Below the pieces are notes generated by a model, which saw only the letters and a list, made by a program, of their open reading frames with translations, searched no databases and was not told the origin of the DNA. A program made the position numbers and the translations under genes. A stretch of DNA of 64,000 bases. Source: a virus (Duplodnaviria > Caudoviricetes). Location of the stretch: IMG/VR virus record IMGVR_UViG_2862465376_000001, positions 32,001 through 96,000 of that record, one strand, 5' to 3'. This document shows positions 46,257 through 56,679 of the stretch, one piece after another (position 1 is the stretch's first letter; each line of letters starts with the position of its first letter).

Positions 46257-47810
46257 ATGGATGCGCCCGCCTTCCGCAGCCCGCGCGGGCTCTACCCGTG
46301 CCAGCAGGAAGGCACCGCGTTCGCCTACGTGCAGCGCTCCGGACTGCTGGTGGCCGACACCGGCATCGGCAAGAGCGTCATCGCCATGGCCCTCGCCGCC
46401 CTGCTCGCCGAGGACGGCGCCGAGGACCTGGTCCTCCTCGTCTGCAAGGCCAACAAGCTCACCGAGTGGCACGAGGACTTCGGCGCCCTTACCACGCTCC
46501 CGGCCGCCGTCCACCACGGCCCCTCCCGCATGAAGGCCCGCGAGCGCGACGGCCTGCCCCACGTCCTGATCTCCACGTACGAGACCCTGCGCGCCGACCT
46601 CACGCGCTTCGCCATCCCGCCCGGCAAGCGCACCAAGGTCCCCGCCCCCGGGCCGCTCCTGACCGCACTCCTCGACGCCCAGGCCCGGGGCCGCCGCGTC
46701 CTCGTGGTCTACGACGAGATGTCCGACAAGCTGCGCAACCGCTCCAGCCAGCTCTACAAGGCCCACCACTACGCCCTCGGCCAGCTGCGCCGCGTCCAGA
46801 AGGACCTGCGCGTCATCGGCCTGACCGCCACCCCGATCAGCCGGGACTACGAGGACGGCTTCAACCTGCTGCGCCTCGCGGTCCCGGCCGCCATGCCCAC
46901 GGTGAAGCAGTTCAACGACACCGTGATCAAGAGCCGGGACGACTACGGCCGCCCGCGCTACCGCGACACCGGCGTCGACTGGTTCATCGGGCTGGCCCGG
47001 CCGCACCTGTGGCGCAAGCGCAAGACCGACCCCGACGTCCGCGCCCTGTTCCCCAAGCGCATCGAGGAGTTCCGCACGCTGCGCATGGCGCCCGCCCAGG
47101 CCGCCTTCTACGACCAGGTCGCCTCGCTCCAGGGCGGCTCCCCGGAGCCCGTCCCCGGCCTCCACGCGGCCCTGCGGCAGATCGCCGCGCACCCGGCCGC
47201 CCTGGTCCACTCAGCCGTCCACGGAGACTCCCGGCTCGCCCGCGAGCTGCTCGGCGCCTTCGGAGAGGACCATCTGCGCTCGCTGCCCTCGGCCAAGACC
47301 GACGAACTTGTCGAGTACCTGTCACCCATCGTGCACGACCAGGGCGACAAGGCCGTCGTCTTCTCCGCCTTCGGCCCGTCCGTCCTGCCCCTGCTCGCCG
47401 AGGCCCTGCGCAGAAACGGCATCCGCAGCTACCTCTACACCGGCGCCATGGACGGCCCCGAGCGCGAGCGCGCCCGCCGCGAGTTCCGCGCCGACCCCGA
47501 GCCCTGCGTCTTCCTCACCTCCGACGCGGGCAAGGACGGCATCAACCTGCCCGAGGCCACCTACCTGGTCGAGTACGAGTCCGCCCTGACCTACGAGACC
47601 CGCACCCAGCGCCTGGGCCGCATCGACCGCATCACCTCGACCGCGCCCTCCATCACCTGCACCACGCTCGTCCTGCAGGGCACCGTGGAGGAGGCCATCG
47701 TCGACACCATGCTGAAGCGGAACGAGATGACCGAGCGGTTCCTGGGCGACGTCGGCTCGGACGGCTACGTGGCGGCTATGCAGCGGCGCCGGAGCTACCT
47801 GGTGGCCTAG
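46257..47810 (+). CDS. SNF2-family helicase/ATPase
   Basis: ADTGIGKS, DEMS (variant motif II), LTATP, AGKDGINL, QRLGRIDR. Confidence 0.9.
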   Translation: MDAPAFRSPRGLYPCQQEGTAFAYVQRSGLLVADTGIGKSVIAMALAALLAEDGAEDLVLLVCKANKLTEWHEDFGALTTLPAAVHHGPSRMKARERDGLPHVLISTYETLRADLTRFAIPPGKRTKVPAPGPLLTALLDAQARGRRVLVVYDEMSDKLRNRSSQLYKAHHYALGQLRRVQKDLRVIGLTATPISRDYEDGFNLLRLAVPAAMPTVKQFNDTVIKSRDDYGRPRYRDTGVDWFIGLARPHLWRKRKTDPDVRALFPKRIEEFRTLRMAPAQAAFYDQVASLQGGSPEPVPGLHAALRQIAAHPAALVHSAVHGDSRLARELLGAFGEDHLRSLPSAKTDELVEYLSPIVHDQGDKAVVFSAFGPSVLPLLAEALRRNGIRSYLYTGAMDGPERERARREFRADPEPCVFLTSDAGKDGINLPEATYLVEYESALTYETRTQRLGRIDRITSTAPSITCTTLVLQGTVEEAIVDTMLKRNEMTERFLGDVGSDGYVAAMQRRRSYLVA

Positions 47811-48002
47811 TTGATAACGCCCCCGCAACCTTCATCGCCTCTAGCCCAGGCTCAGGTCGACGGGGGCGTCTCTCAGTCGAGCCACTCAGGCAACGCGCAG
47901 CATATCCCTGTCTCAGCAACCGAACACCCCCAGGCGGGCGCAGCCTCCCCCCGCCCCTCGAATGTTCCAAAGATGAGACTGTGCAGGTCAGAAGCCCTGT
48001 GA

Positions 48003-48185
48003 TCAGTCAGAGTCCTGGTAGCCGGTGTACACCGCCCACCCGTCTCCGTACCGCTTGTAGGTCACTGACTGCCGGTCCGGAGCCTTGGTGAGCCCCAGAG
48101 CAGTGAATTCGCGGGCGAGTTTCGTGCACCGGCGCACGGCTTCCTCTTTGGACAGGGCATCGGTCTGTCGGCGGGCATCACGCAT
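48003..48185 (-). CDS. Small hypothetical protein
   Basis: AGGGG RBS-like site; 60-aa ORF downstream of the Rep-like gene. Confidence 0.4.
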   Translation of the reverse strand: MRDARRQTDALSKEEAVRRCTKLAREFTALGLTKAPDRQSVTYKRYGDGWAVYTGYQDSD

Positions 48186-48277
48186 GGCCCCTACCCTAGG
48201 TACTGGAGGGGCTGAAGAAAACAGGGATGTGCCGTCTGAGCTGGGAAAACAGTCCTACATGAAGGGTTACTGGAAAG

Positions 48278-49636
48278 TCAGGACGCGCAGGCCAGGGCAG
48301 CCCTGTGCACCAACTCGTCGTAGTCCAGCTCGGGTTCGACGACGATCAACCGGCCGTCCGAGGCGACCGCGAAGTCCTCCAGGACCTCACCGGTGACCGG
48401 GTCGACGACCATGCTGCCCCGGACGAGGTCGGCGGGAACCTCGTCACCCCGGACAGGCTGGACGTCGGGCATCCGGCGCTCGCGCAGCCGGGGGAGGACC
48501 TTCGTCAGCCAGGTGACCCGCTGCACCTTGTGCATGTCCACGCGGCGCTGAGCGGTCCCCTGGGTGCCCATCTCCTCGGCCGCCTGGTCGAACTCCGTCA
48601 CCTGCCCCGCGAGAGCCGTACGGGCCCGCTGGGACAGGTACCAGGCGCCGTCCAGGCCCTCCAGGAACCCGAAGCCCTCCAGCAGCTTCACGTGGCGGTA
48701 CGCGGTCGCCCGGCTCATGCACGTGGCGTCGGCCAGGTCGAGCAGGTCCTGCCCGTCCTCCAGGTTCAGAGCCGCGATGATCTTGAGGGAGGAGGAGCCG
48801 AGACCCCGGTGCGCGAACGCGTCCAGGCCCATCAGGCGGCCGACGACGGCCGCGTCGATCCCTCCGGCCTCCACCGCGCCCTTCGGCCCGTCAAGGAGCC
48901 TCCACGTCGTCCCGTGCTCGTCCGTCCCGGTCTTCACCTGCCGGATCCAGCCGCCCAGCCGCTTCGTGATGGCCTCGTACGCCGTACCGAGGGTGCACCC
49001 GGCGATCTCGGCGGCCTCCCGGAACGACAGCGTGTACGTGCGCCCCCCGGCCTTCCGGGCGGCCTCCCAGTGGGCCATCAGCAGCCGCAGAGCCGTGTTG
49101 CGGGACACCCCGCGCCAGGACAGGGAACCGATCCGATAGCGCAGCCGCACCAGGTCCTCGATGGCCCCGTGCCGGTCGGCGACAGGGTGCGCCGAGATGA
49201 ACTGCTGCGCACCCTCCCAGACCCGGTCCAGGTAGGGTTTGGCGCCCTTGTCGTAGCCCTTGCGGTGCGCCTTGTTCCGGACATGGTTGCCGCCCTTGGC
49301 GGTCGTCTCCAGCAGCGCCTTCTCGAACTGCAGGCCCGTCCAGCCGTACCGGGACGCGGCAGCGGCCAGCGCCCGGGTGATGGAGTGGCCGTGGACGTCG
49401 GAGAGGGACTTGTCGCGCCGCTTGCGTGCCGTGATGCCGTAGACGCCGTCCACGTCGCCCTCGATCAGCAACCTCTCCATGGAGGGTGAGAGAGCGGGGA
49501 ACTGGCGGATCCAGTGCTGGGGGTGCAGGGCGTCGCGCGAGGCGACAGTCAGTCCTGCAGATGAAGAAATGTGGCTGAGATGTTCACCACGGTTGGCGTG
49601 CGGCACGGGGGCGGGACCCGTAGACTGCTCTGGCAC
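48278..49636 (-). CDS. Putative plasmid-type replication initiator with two HTH regions
   Basis: LSFREAAEIAGCTLGTAYEAI and LLDLADATCMSRATAYRHV HTHs; isolated antisense gene flanked by long non-coding DNA. Confidence 0.5.
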   Translation of the reverse strand: MPEQSTGPAPVPHANRGEHLSHISSSAGLTVASRDALHPQHWIRQFPALSPSMERLLIEGDVDGVYGITARKRRDKSLSDVHGHSITRALAAAASRYGWTGLQFEKALLETTAKGGNHVRNKAHRKGYDKGAKPYLDRVWEGAQQFISAHPVADRHGAIEDLVRLRYRIGSLSWRGVSRNTALRLLMAHWEAARKAGGRTYTLSFREAAEIAGCTLGTAYEAITKRLGGWIRQVKTGTDEHGTTWRLLDGPKGAVEAGGIDAAVVGRLMGLDAFAHRGLGSSSLKIIAALNLEDGQDLLDLADATCMSRATAYRHVKLLEGFGFLEGLDGAWYLSQRARTALAGQVTEFDQAAEEMGTQGTAQRRVDMHKVQRVTWLTKVLPRLRERRMPDVQPVRGDEVPADLVRGSMVVDPVTGEVLEDFAVASDGRLIVVEPELDYDELVHRAALACAS

Positions 49637-50494
49637 GGCTGGCGAGGCCTTTCTATACCGTTCTGAGGTTGGGGCCCAGCCACCGTGAAGGCGATGGTCA
49701 GACCGAACAGGTCGCGTTGCCTGGCGGGGAATCTGAGAGTTCCCCAGAGGATCCGTTTCTTGGCGGAGAGGATCCTCGCTACCGCATCACGCGGTGAGGG
49801 GCGCCACGGAGTTGATGGACTCCAGGCGCCCCTCCGGCGTTTCCAGGACGTTCTTCACAGCAGCCAGCCCCCTTCGGCGGGTTCGGGCGCACGTGGGCCC
49901 GAGGGGAGTTCGTGGTGGTGGTGGACCAGGAGTGGCGGTCTCGGTCCGAAGGCCATTCAACATCATGCGAGGCCGAAACGGGGAGTCGGCACCCGAACGG
50001 ACTGCGGGCGCTGGCCTGCAGCGGCGTGTCGCTCGACCGGGTCTTGTACACCGGGAGCAGTTTTTGGGTAGGCTGGGTCATGCCAGCGACCTCCGGAGAA
50101 GCTGAACTTCGGACTTGGATATGAGGTTGTTGGCCCCACCGACAGAGACCGGCCAAAGTTTCCTGTCGGACGGCCGCCAAGGACCGGGATGGGGATCCCA
50201 GTCCGACCAGGCGGCCGTTGGTGTTTCTGGAGCCAGATGAAGCAGACGCGACCCGGGGGCGGGATACCTACGAAGGTCGCGTAGGTCACCCTAGTACCTC
50301 TGGTGGACCAAACGCACGGAACCGGTGCAGGAGACACGCGCGCGGGATCATCTGACGTCCTGTCGGCCCGGCCGGGAAATCCGCCGGAGCAAAAACGCGA
50401 CACTGCCCCTGGCCCTGTGTAGCGTCGCGACCACCGCCAAGGACCTTCACTGCTCACCGCCAAGAGCAGCATCACCACCCTCAAGGGGCCCTTC

Positions 50495-52600
50495 ATGACG
50501 TCCGCGCCGCCTGCGACCTTTCTGTCCCTCCAGGAGCTGTTCGCGAAGAACCTCCCGGGTTACCGCCGCCGCCCGCAGCAGGAACAGCTCGCGCAGGCCA
50601 TCGAGCTGACGTTCAGTCAGGACCTCGAAGAGAACGAGCCCATGCACCTGCTCGCCGAGGCGGGCACCGGCACCGGCAAGAGCTACGCAGCCCTGATCGC
50701 CGCGATCCTGGCCAGCCGCGCGGGAGACGAGCCCAAGCGGTACGTGGTCGCCACGGCGACCAACGCCCTCCTGGCGCAGTACGTCAAGAAGGACCTGCCG
50801 TGGCTGGAGGGCGTTCTGGGGCAGGCGGGCATCGACTTCACCTGGGCCCCGCTCAAGGGTGTCTCCAACTTCGCCTGCCTGGCCAAGCTCGCTGAGCGCC
50901 CGGCGATCGCCAACGTGCAGCAGCTCCTGGACGAGCTGGCCCCGGACAAGGACGGCACCTACCACCACACCGGCGACCGCGACGACGTTCAGACGCCTAT
51001 CGAGCAGCGCACCGAGTGGCACCTGGTCTCCTCGACCAGCGATGAGTGCCCCGGGCGCTCGAAGTGCTCCTTCGGGGAGCAGTGCTTCGCGATGAAGCAC
51101 AAGGACGCCGCCATGGAGGCCGACATCGTCGCGACCAACATGGCCATCCTCCTGACCGACACCAAGATTGCCCGCGAGACCGCCGGAGGGGACCCCGAGG
51201 CCGAACGCCGCCACCCCCTCCTCGGCCCGTACGACGGCCTGATCGTGGACGAGGCCCACGAGCTGGAGGAGCAGGCCACCAGCCACCTCGGCTTCGACAT
51301 CAAGCAGGGCGGCCTGCTCAAGTGGGCCGACCAGGCCGCCTCCTTCCTCGCCATCCACGAGGACGTCGATGAGCAGCGGCAGGGCGAGTCCCTCGCCGTG
51401 CACGAGCGCGTCACCGCCGCCGTCGAGGCCCTCACCCGGCCCATCGCCGACCACCTGGAGCACGACGACACCGGCGCCATCGACGCCGACTTCATCACCT
51501 ACTACGCCGACCTGTTCGTCACCCTCTACGACGCGCTGGAGACCCTCCGCACCCGCGTGAGCAAGCGCAAGATCGCCGACAGCTCCCACGTGGAGAAGGA
51601 GCAGGCGATCAAGGACCGGCTTCTGACCGTCGGGACCAACTTTCTGAAAGGCGTCAAGGCCGTCCTCCTCGCCGACCCGAACGAGATGGTCCGCTGGGCC
51701 GAGATGTACGGCCACGAGCGCATGCGCATCGGCAGGCGCTGGCTGATCAGGGCCGCCCCCATCGACGTCGGCCCCTACCTCCGCGAGGAGCTGTGGAGCC
51801 GCTACCCGGCCGTGCTGATGTCCGCCACCCTCAGCGCGGGCACCGGCCCAGGCCGCTTCGACTACCTCGCGCGCCGCCTCGGCCTGAAGGACACCGCCGC
51901 CACCCTCGACGTCGGCAGTCCCTTCGACTACCCGAAGCAGGCCCTGTTCTTCCACCCCGACTCCTCGGTGCCCGCCCCGGCCGGGAAGACCCGCAGCGAG
52001 TGGGAGACCTGGCTCCACGCCGCCACCCTCGAACTCGTCCGCGCAGCCGGGGGAGGGGCCATGCTCCTCTACACCTCCCGCAAGGCCATGAACGCCGCCC
52101 ACGACACCCTCGGCAGTCTGCTCCGGGCCGACGGCATCAACTCCTTCGTCCAGGGCGGCGACATGAGCGTCAAGGAGATCGCCGACCGCTTCCGCGAGGA
52201 CGAGAACAGCGTCCTGTTCGGCCTCCGGAGCTTCATGACCGGCATGGACTTCCCCGGGAACACGAACCGGCTTGTCGTCGTGGACAAGCTGCCCTTCGCC
52301 GTCCCCACCGACCCGATCCACAAGGCCCGCTCCGAGGCCATCGAGCGCCAGGGCGGCAGTGCCTTCAGCGACCTGGTCGTGCCGTCCATGACCCTGACGC
52401 TCCAGCAGGCGTTCGGCCGCCTCATCCGCAGCACGGAGGACTGGGGTGCCGTCGCGATCATGGACTCCCGCCTCGCCAGCAAGGGGTACGGCCGGAGCAT
52501 CGTCAAGGCCCTCCCGCCCGCCCGCGCGACCACGTCCCTGGCCGACGTCCGGGACTTCTTCTGGCAGCCCGACGGCAGCGGACTGCTTCCGGCGGCGTGA
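50495..52600 (+). CDS. dinG: DinG-family ATP-dependent helicase
   Basis: EAGTGTGKS, Fe-S cysteines, DEAH, SAT, SPFDY, KLPF, QAFGRLIR. Confidence 0.92.
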   Translation: MTSAPPATFLSLQELFAKNLPGYRRRPQQEQLAQAIELTFSQDLEENEPMHLLAEAGTGTGKSYAALIAAILASRAGDEPKRYVVATATNALLAQYVKKDLPWLEGVLGQAGIDFTWAPLKGVSNFACLAKLAERPAIANVQQLLDELAPDKDGTYHHTGDRDDVQTPIEQRTEWHLVSSTSDECPGRSKCSFGEQCFAMKHKDAAMEADIVATNMAILLTDTKIARETAGGDPEAERRHPLLGPYDGLIVDEAHELEEQATSHLGFDIKQGGLLKWADQAASFLAIHEDVDEQRQGESLAVHERVTAAVEALTRPIADHLEHDDTGAIDADFITYYADLFVTLYDALETLRTRVSKRKIADSSHVEKEQAIKDRLLTVGTNFLKGVKAVLLADPNEMVRWAEMYGHERMRIGRRWLIRAAPIDVGPYLREELWSRYPAVLMSATLSAGTGPGRFDYLARRLGLKDTAATLDVGSPFDYPKQALFFHPDSSVPAPAGKTRSEWETWLHAATLELVRAAGGGAMLLYTSRKAMNAAHDTLGSLLRADGINSFVQGGDMSVKEIADRFREDENSVLFGLRSFMTGMDFPGNTNRLVVVDKLPFAVPTDPIHKARSEAIERQGGSAFSDLVVPSMTLTLQQAFGRLIRSTEDWGAVAIMDSRLASKGYGRSIVKALPPARATTSLADVRDFFWQPDGSGLLPAA

Positions 52601-52613
52601 CGACCCCGTTGTC

Positions 52614-52637
52614 ACCTACCCCAAAGTTGGGGTAGGT
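52614..52637. promoter_or_regulatory. 24-bp palindrome (candidate operator) before the replication operon
   Basis: ACCTACCCCAA-AG-TTGGGGTAGGT. Confidence 0.55.
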
Positions 52638-52691
52638 TGTAACCACGTTCACCGCCAAGAACGACAAACCTCAGAACACAGGAGCACCATC

Positions 52692-53423
52692 GTGGCTACC
52701 GCCAAGACCACCGAGATCGTGCCGACCTTCGACTTCGCCGCCACCGAGGTCGAGCTGAAGGGCGACCCCAACCTCAGCCTCACTGACGTGCTGGCCAAGC
52801 TGGCCACCCTCCCCCCCACGGACCCGAAGAACCGGCCGAAGCCCGCCACCGCCGTCGAGCTGGTCACCGACGGCCTGATGAGCGCGATCCAGGCCATCCC
52901 CAAGGTCTTCGGCCAGATCAAGCCGCGCGGTCGCCGCCAGCTGACCAAGGCCGAACTGGTCAGCCTGAGGGACGAGAAGATCGAGATCGACACGGCCATC
53001 AAGGCGCTGACCAAGCGCAAGGACGAGATCCACAAGATGGTCTCGGTCCACTTCGACGTCCTCGCCGACAAGCAGAAGCGCGTCACGGAGCAGACGCGGC
53101 TGGACAAGAACGGCCACTACCTCCTGGCCTCCCCGGGCAACGCCGAGACCGCGCCGGTCGAGGGCAGTGGCCACTACTTCACCCGCGAGAAGGCCAGCGA
53201 CAAGGCTGTCCTCAACCTGGACAAGCTGCTCGCCCTGTACGAGGCGGGAGAGATCACCCGGGCCGAGCTGCTCGGCTTCACCACGACGACCCGCACCATC
53301 GACGAGACGAAGATCCGCCGTCAGCTCCTGAACAAGAACAAGCGCGAGCGCACCCAGGCGATTCTCGACAAGATCACCGAGATCAAGCCGGGCAACCTGA
53401 GCATCAACCTGCGCGGCAAGTAG
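52692..53423 (+). CDS. Hypothetical phage protein (coiled coil, basic)
   Basis: AGGAG RBS with GTG start; strong codon bias. Confidence 0.75.
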   Translation: MATAKTTEIVPTFDFAATEVELKGDPNLSLTDVLAKLATLPPTDPKNRPKPATAVELVTDGLMSAIQAIPKVFGQIKPRGRRQLTKAELVSLRDEKIEIDTAIKALTKRKDEIHKMVSVHFDVLADKQKRVTEQTRLDKNGHYLLASPGNAETAPVEGSGHYFTREKASDKAVLNLDKLLALYEAGEITRAELLGFTTTTRTIDETKIRRQLLNKNKRERTQAILDKITEIKPGNLSINLRGK

Positions 53424-53499
53424 TACCTCCGGCCAGAACATCACCGACAATACGAACGTCACAGCCTCCGCTCGGTATACCGGGCGGAGCTAGTGGCAT

Positions 53500-54006
53500 A
53501 TGGAAGGACGACCCGTGCCCCCTATCGCCGTGGAGCCGATCATCATGGACGCGCAAGGATCCGAGCGACCACCCACCGAGCCCAACCGTCGACGCAACTA
53601 CGAGCTGTACGACTACCAGTTCCCCGTCGAGGGCTCACCCAAGTACGCCGTGGCAGACCCGACCAACCCCCTGCGTGTCCCGCATTTCTCCGTCCAGGAC
53701 GTGGCCTGCTGGGTCTTTGCAGGCAGAGTGAGCTGGCTCCGGCACCAGCTCAAGGGGAAGCCGTGGAAGCCCATCAAGGGCGCCACGCGCACCACGCCCC
53801 TGCTGCTGAAGGGGAAGCGCCTGAAGTTCAGGCAGGTCGTCGGAGGACGCGGCGGCGAGCGACGCTTCACCCTGCCCGACATTGAGCGCCTCGCCTGGGC
53901 CCTGTACGAACGCAACGACATCGACGGCTACGACCTCCAGCGCATCTGCCGCATCCTCGCCGCCGTCGCCGACCAGTACAAGGCCCACCGCAAGGAAGGC
54001 GAGTGA
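53500..54006 (+). CDS. Putative HTH (MerR/excisionase-like) DNA-binding protein
   Basis: FSVQDVA...WLR...RRFTLPDIERL pattern. Confidence 0.55.
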   Translation: MEGRPVPPIAVEPIIMDAQGSERPPTEPNRRRNYELYDYQFPVEGSPKYAVADPTNPLRVPHFSVQDVACWVFAGRVSWLRHQLKGKPWKPIKGATRTTPLLLKGKRLKFRQVVGGRGGERRFTLPDIERLAWALYERNDIDGYDLQRICRILAAVADQYKAHRKEGE

Positions 54007-54884
54007 TGCGACCGACCCTGCTCATCGACGGCAACAACATCCTGATCCGCGCCGTCGAGGCCACCCGCCGCGCCGCCATGCACAGCGACGACGGCACCGA
54101 CACCAGCGCCCTGGTCGTCTTCATCAAAACGATCAGCCGCTACATCCGCGAGGAGAAGCCCTACCGCGTCATGGTCCTGTGGGACAGCGGTCCCGGCTGG
54201 CGCAACCAGATCTACCCCGCCTACAAGGCCAACCGCCCCCAGGTCGCCGACGAGTACCGCAGCACCACCCGCACCCTCGTGAAGGACTTCCTGGTCCGCT
54301 CCCGGATACCCCAGGGCCACCTCGACGGCTTCGAAGCCGACGACCTCATCGCCGCCCACTGGCGCCACGCCCACGAGCCGGTCGTCATCCTCTCCAGCGA
54401 CAAGGACATGCTCCAGCTCGTCGGCAAGACCCCGACCGGCCACCCCTGCACCCAGATCCGCATCTCCTCCTCCAACACCCCCACCGACCGCTGGGACGAG
54501 GAGAAGGTCACCAAGCACTACGGCTGCACCCCCGCCCAGCTCCCCGTCGTCATGTCCCTCACCGGCGACACCTCCGACGGCATCCCGGGCGTACGCGGCA
54601 TCGGCCCGAAGTTCGCCCTCAAGCACCTCACGGCCGCCGACTGGAAACTCGACGCGATCGAGCACCCCGCCATCGCCGAGGCCCGCGACAAGGGCGAGGT
54701 CAACACCTACCGCCAGCTCGTCGACCTCCGCGACGTCCCGTACGAGATGATCCCCACCGGCGTCGGCCCCTTCATGCCCGTCACGCCCGGCCCGGACGCC
54801 GCCTGGCACGGCCTGTGGAAGCTGCTCAGCGACCTGCAGCTCCGTGACATCGAGCGCCGCCTGCTGGCCGGAGAACTCTGGTAG
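54006..54884 (+). CDS. 5'-3' exonuclease (flap endonuclease, PolI N-terminal type)
   Basis: LLIDGNN, YKANR, EADDLIA, SSDKDMLQL, GDTSDGIPGVRGIGPK. Confidence 0.95.
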   Translation: MRPTLLIDGNNILIRAVEATRRAAMHSDDGTDTSALVVFIKTISRYIREEKPYRVMVLWDSGPGWRNQIYPAYKANRPQVADEYRSTTRTLVKDFLVRSRIPQGHLDGFEADDLIAAHWRHAHEPVVILSSDKDMLQLVGKTPTGHPCTQIRISSSNTPTDRWDEEKVTKHYGCTPAQLPVVMSLTGDTSDGIPGVRGIGPKFALKHLTAADWKLDAIEHPAIAEARDKGEVNTYRQLVDLRDVPYEMIPTGVGPFMPVTPGPDAAWHGLWKLLSDLQLRDIERRLLAGELW

Positions 54885-55005
54885 AGCGATTCCTTGCTCT
54901 GACCTGGCACCGACGGTTAGCGTCAAAACGCCTCCCGCCAGAGGCCCTCCCTCCACGGCAGACCGCCATCCGCCGTACCCAGCCACCGCCAGGTTGGAGA
55001 CCCCT

Positions 55006-55449
55006 GTGCTCGACTTCTCCGCTGCCGCCTACGGCAAGGCAGCTGTGCAGACCGTGTCTGTTCCCACGGCCGCTCCCGCCCGCGTTCATCCGATGCCCGG
55101 GGCGCCCTACGAGGTCGCCCAGACGCCTCCGGCCCACGTGCGCATCACCATGGCAGCCACCGACCTTCTCGACGCCCCCGCCGACTGGTCCTGGGAGCAG
55201 CTGCGCGACTACGTCATGCGCGCCGTCGCCGAACGCCACGGCCCCCAGCCCCGCCACGAGAGCGCCAAGGTCAACTCGATCTTCAAGTCCTTCGCCAGCC
55301 GTTGGGCCCGCCAGGCCGGGCCCATTGCCCGCTTCGCCTTCGAGCAGCAGGACGGCTTCTGGCGCTCGGCCCCGGTCGACATCCGCCGCTTCACGAAGGG
55401 CAACGACGACTACTTCGCCCGGCCCATCGCGGAGCGCCTCGGTGCCTGA
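55006..55449 (+). CDS. Hypothetical protein upstream of the DnaC-like gene
   Basis: GGAGA RBS with GTG start; good codon bias. Confidence 0.65.
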   Translation: MLDFSAAAYGKAAVQTVSVPTAAPARVHPMPGAPYEVAQTPPAHVRITMAATDLLDAPADWSWEQLRDYVMRAVAERHGPQPRHESAKVNSIFKSFASRWARQAGPIARFAFEQQDGFWRSAPVDIRRFTKGNDDYFARPIAERLGA

Positions 55450-55771
55450 GACCATCTTCGCGGCCGACGCCATCACGCCGCCCCAGAGTGAGCCCACCTG
55501 CTGTCCGGACGCCTACCTCTGCCTCACGGCCGAGGTCCCGGAGATCGAGTGCCCCCGCCACGGCGGCTTCGACGTCTGCTGTGCCCGGCCGGAGACCCAC
55601 GTGCCGCAGGATCGCCAAGCCTGGCACCGGCAGATGTACCGCTGGGAGCAGAGCCTGCTCGACGAGCACATCCGAACAGTGCTGCCGCCTGGAACCAGGT
55701 TGCCAGTCGTCGTGGACGTTCCGGTGAGGCTTCTCGTCCCGTCCGAGTACATCACCATCGAGTTCTCCTGA
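55442..55771 (+). CDS. Small Cys-rich hypothetical protein
   Basis: Overlaps the upstream stop; CC...C...CPRHGGFDVCC. Confidence 0.55.
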   Translation: MPETIFAADAITPPQSEPTCCPDAYLCLTAEVPEIECPRHGGFDVCCARPETHVPQDRQAWHRQMYRWEQSLLDEHIRTVLPPGTRLPVVVDVPVRLLVPSEYITIEFS

Positions 55772-55816
55772 ATCTCTCGCCCGGCCGCCACCGGGCCCTC
55801 ATCAAGGACCGCCACC

Positions 55817-56677
55817 TTGAAGCGACCCCCGCCCCCTCCGTCCTGCCACCCGCTGGCCGACGCCGACTTCCGGCGCCTCAAGGCCACCAGGCCCCGCCTG
55901 TGGACCGACCCCAAGAAGTCGTGCCTGACCTGCCTGAAGCGGGAAGGGCTGCAGGACTCGCAGACCTACCTCTGGTACGCCGACAACGCCACCGGCCGCC
56001 GCACCGATGAGATCGTCACCTACGAGTGCAACTGCCAGCAGCAGTGGCTCATGCACCTCTGGTTCCTCAACGCGGGCATCCCGCTGAACTACCAGCGCCT
56101 CGGCTGGGACGACGTCAAGTCCGTCCCCCAGCCCGTCGTCGACCAGGTCATGGGCTACGCCCTCCAGGCCGTCCGGAACATCGCCCTCGGGCGCAACCTC
56201 GTCCTGTGGTCCAAGAGCCCCGGCACCGGCAAGACGCTCCTGCTCGCCCTGCTCTCGAAGTTCCTCATGGCTAACGGCTTCCAGGTCCACTTCTCCCAGT
56301 TCAACGAGGTGATCGACCTCTTCACCTCCAGCTGGCGCGACAAGGACGAGCGCGAGCAGTGGACCCGCCGCGTACGCAACGTGGACGTCCTCGCCATCGA
56401 CGACTGGGGCAAGGAGAACAAGGGCCGCATCGAGATGGTTGAGTCCATGGTCGACCAGATCGTCCGCTCCCGCGTTGCCGACGCCGCCCCCACGATCTTC
56501 ACCACCAACCTCACCCCCGACGAGATCCAGCAGGGGTACGGCGTCTACGCGATGAGCCTGCTCACCGAGGCCGCCGACTTCATCGAGGTCACCGGCGCCG
56601 ACTTCCGGCCCGCACGACGCGAACTCTCACGCCAGGAAGCCGACCTCGGCCTGGCCCGACCCATCACGGCGGTATGA
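55817..56677 (+). CDS. DnaC/IstB-like AAA+ helicase loader
   Basis: Zn motif CxxC...CxC, PGTGKT, VLAIDDWGKE, TIFTTNL. Confidence 0.9.
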   Translation: MKRPPPPPSCHPLADADFRRLKATRPRLWTDPKKSCLTCLKREGLQDSQTYLWYADNATGRRTDEIVTYECNCQQQWLMHLWFLNAGIPLNYQRLGWDDVKSVPQPVVDQVMGYALQAVRNIALGRNLVLWSKSPGTGKTLLLALLSKFLMANGFQVHFSQFNEVIDLFTSSWRDKDEREQWTRRVRNVDVLAIDDWGKENKGRIEMVESMVDQIVRSRVADAAPTIFTTNLTPDEIQQGYGVYAMSLLTEAADFIEVTGADFRPARRELSRQEADLGLARPITAV

Positions 56678-56679
56678 CC

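Noticed and set aside
50478-50491. CCCTCAAGGGG before dinG as another late promoter copy
   Set aside because: Lacks the TGA end and the upstream TGT box; its spacing fits a ribosome-binding site
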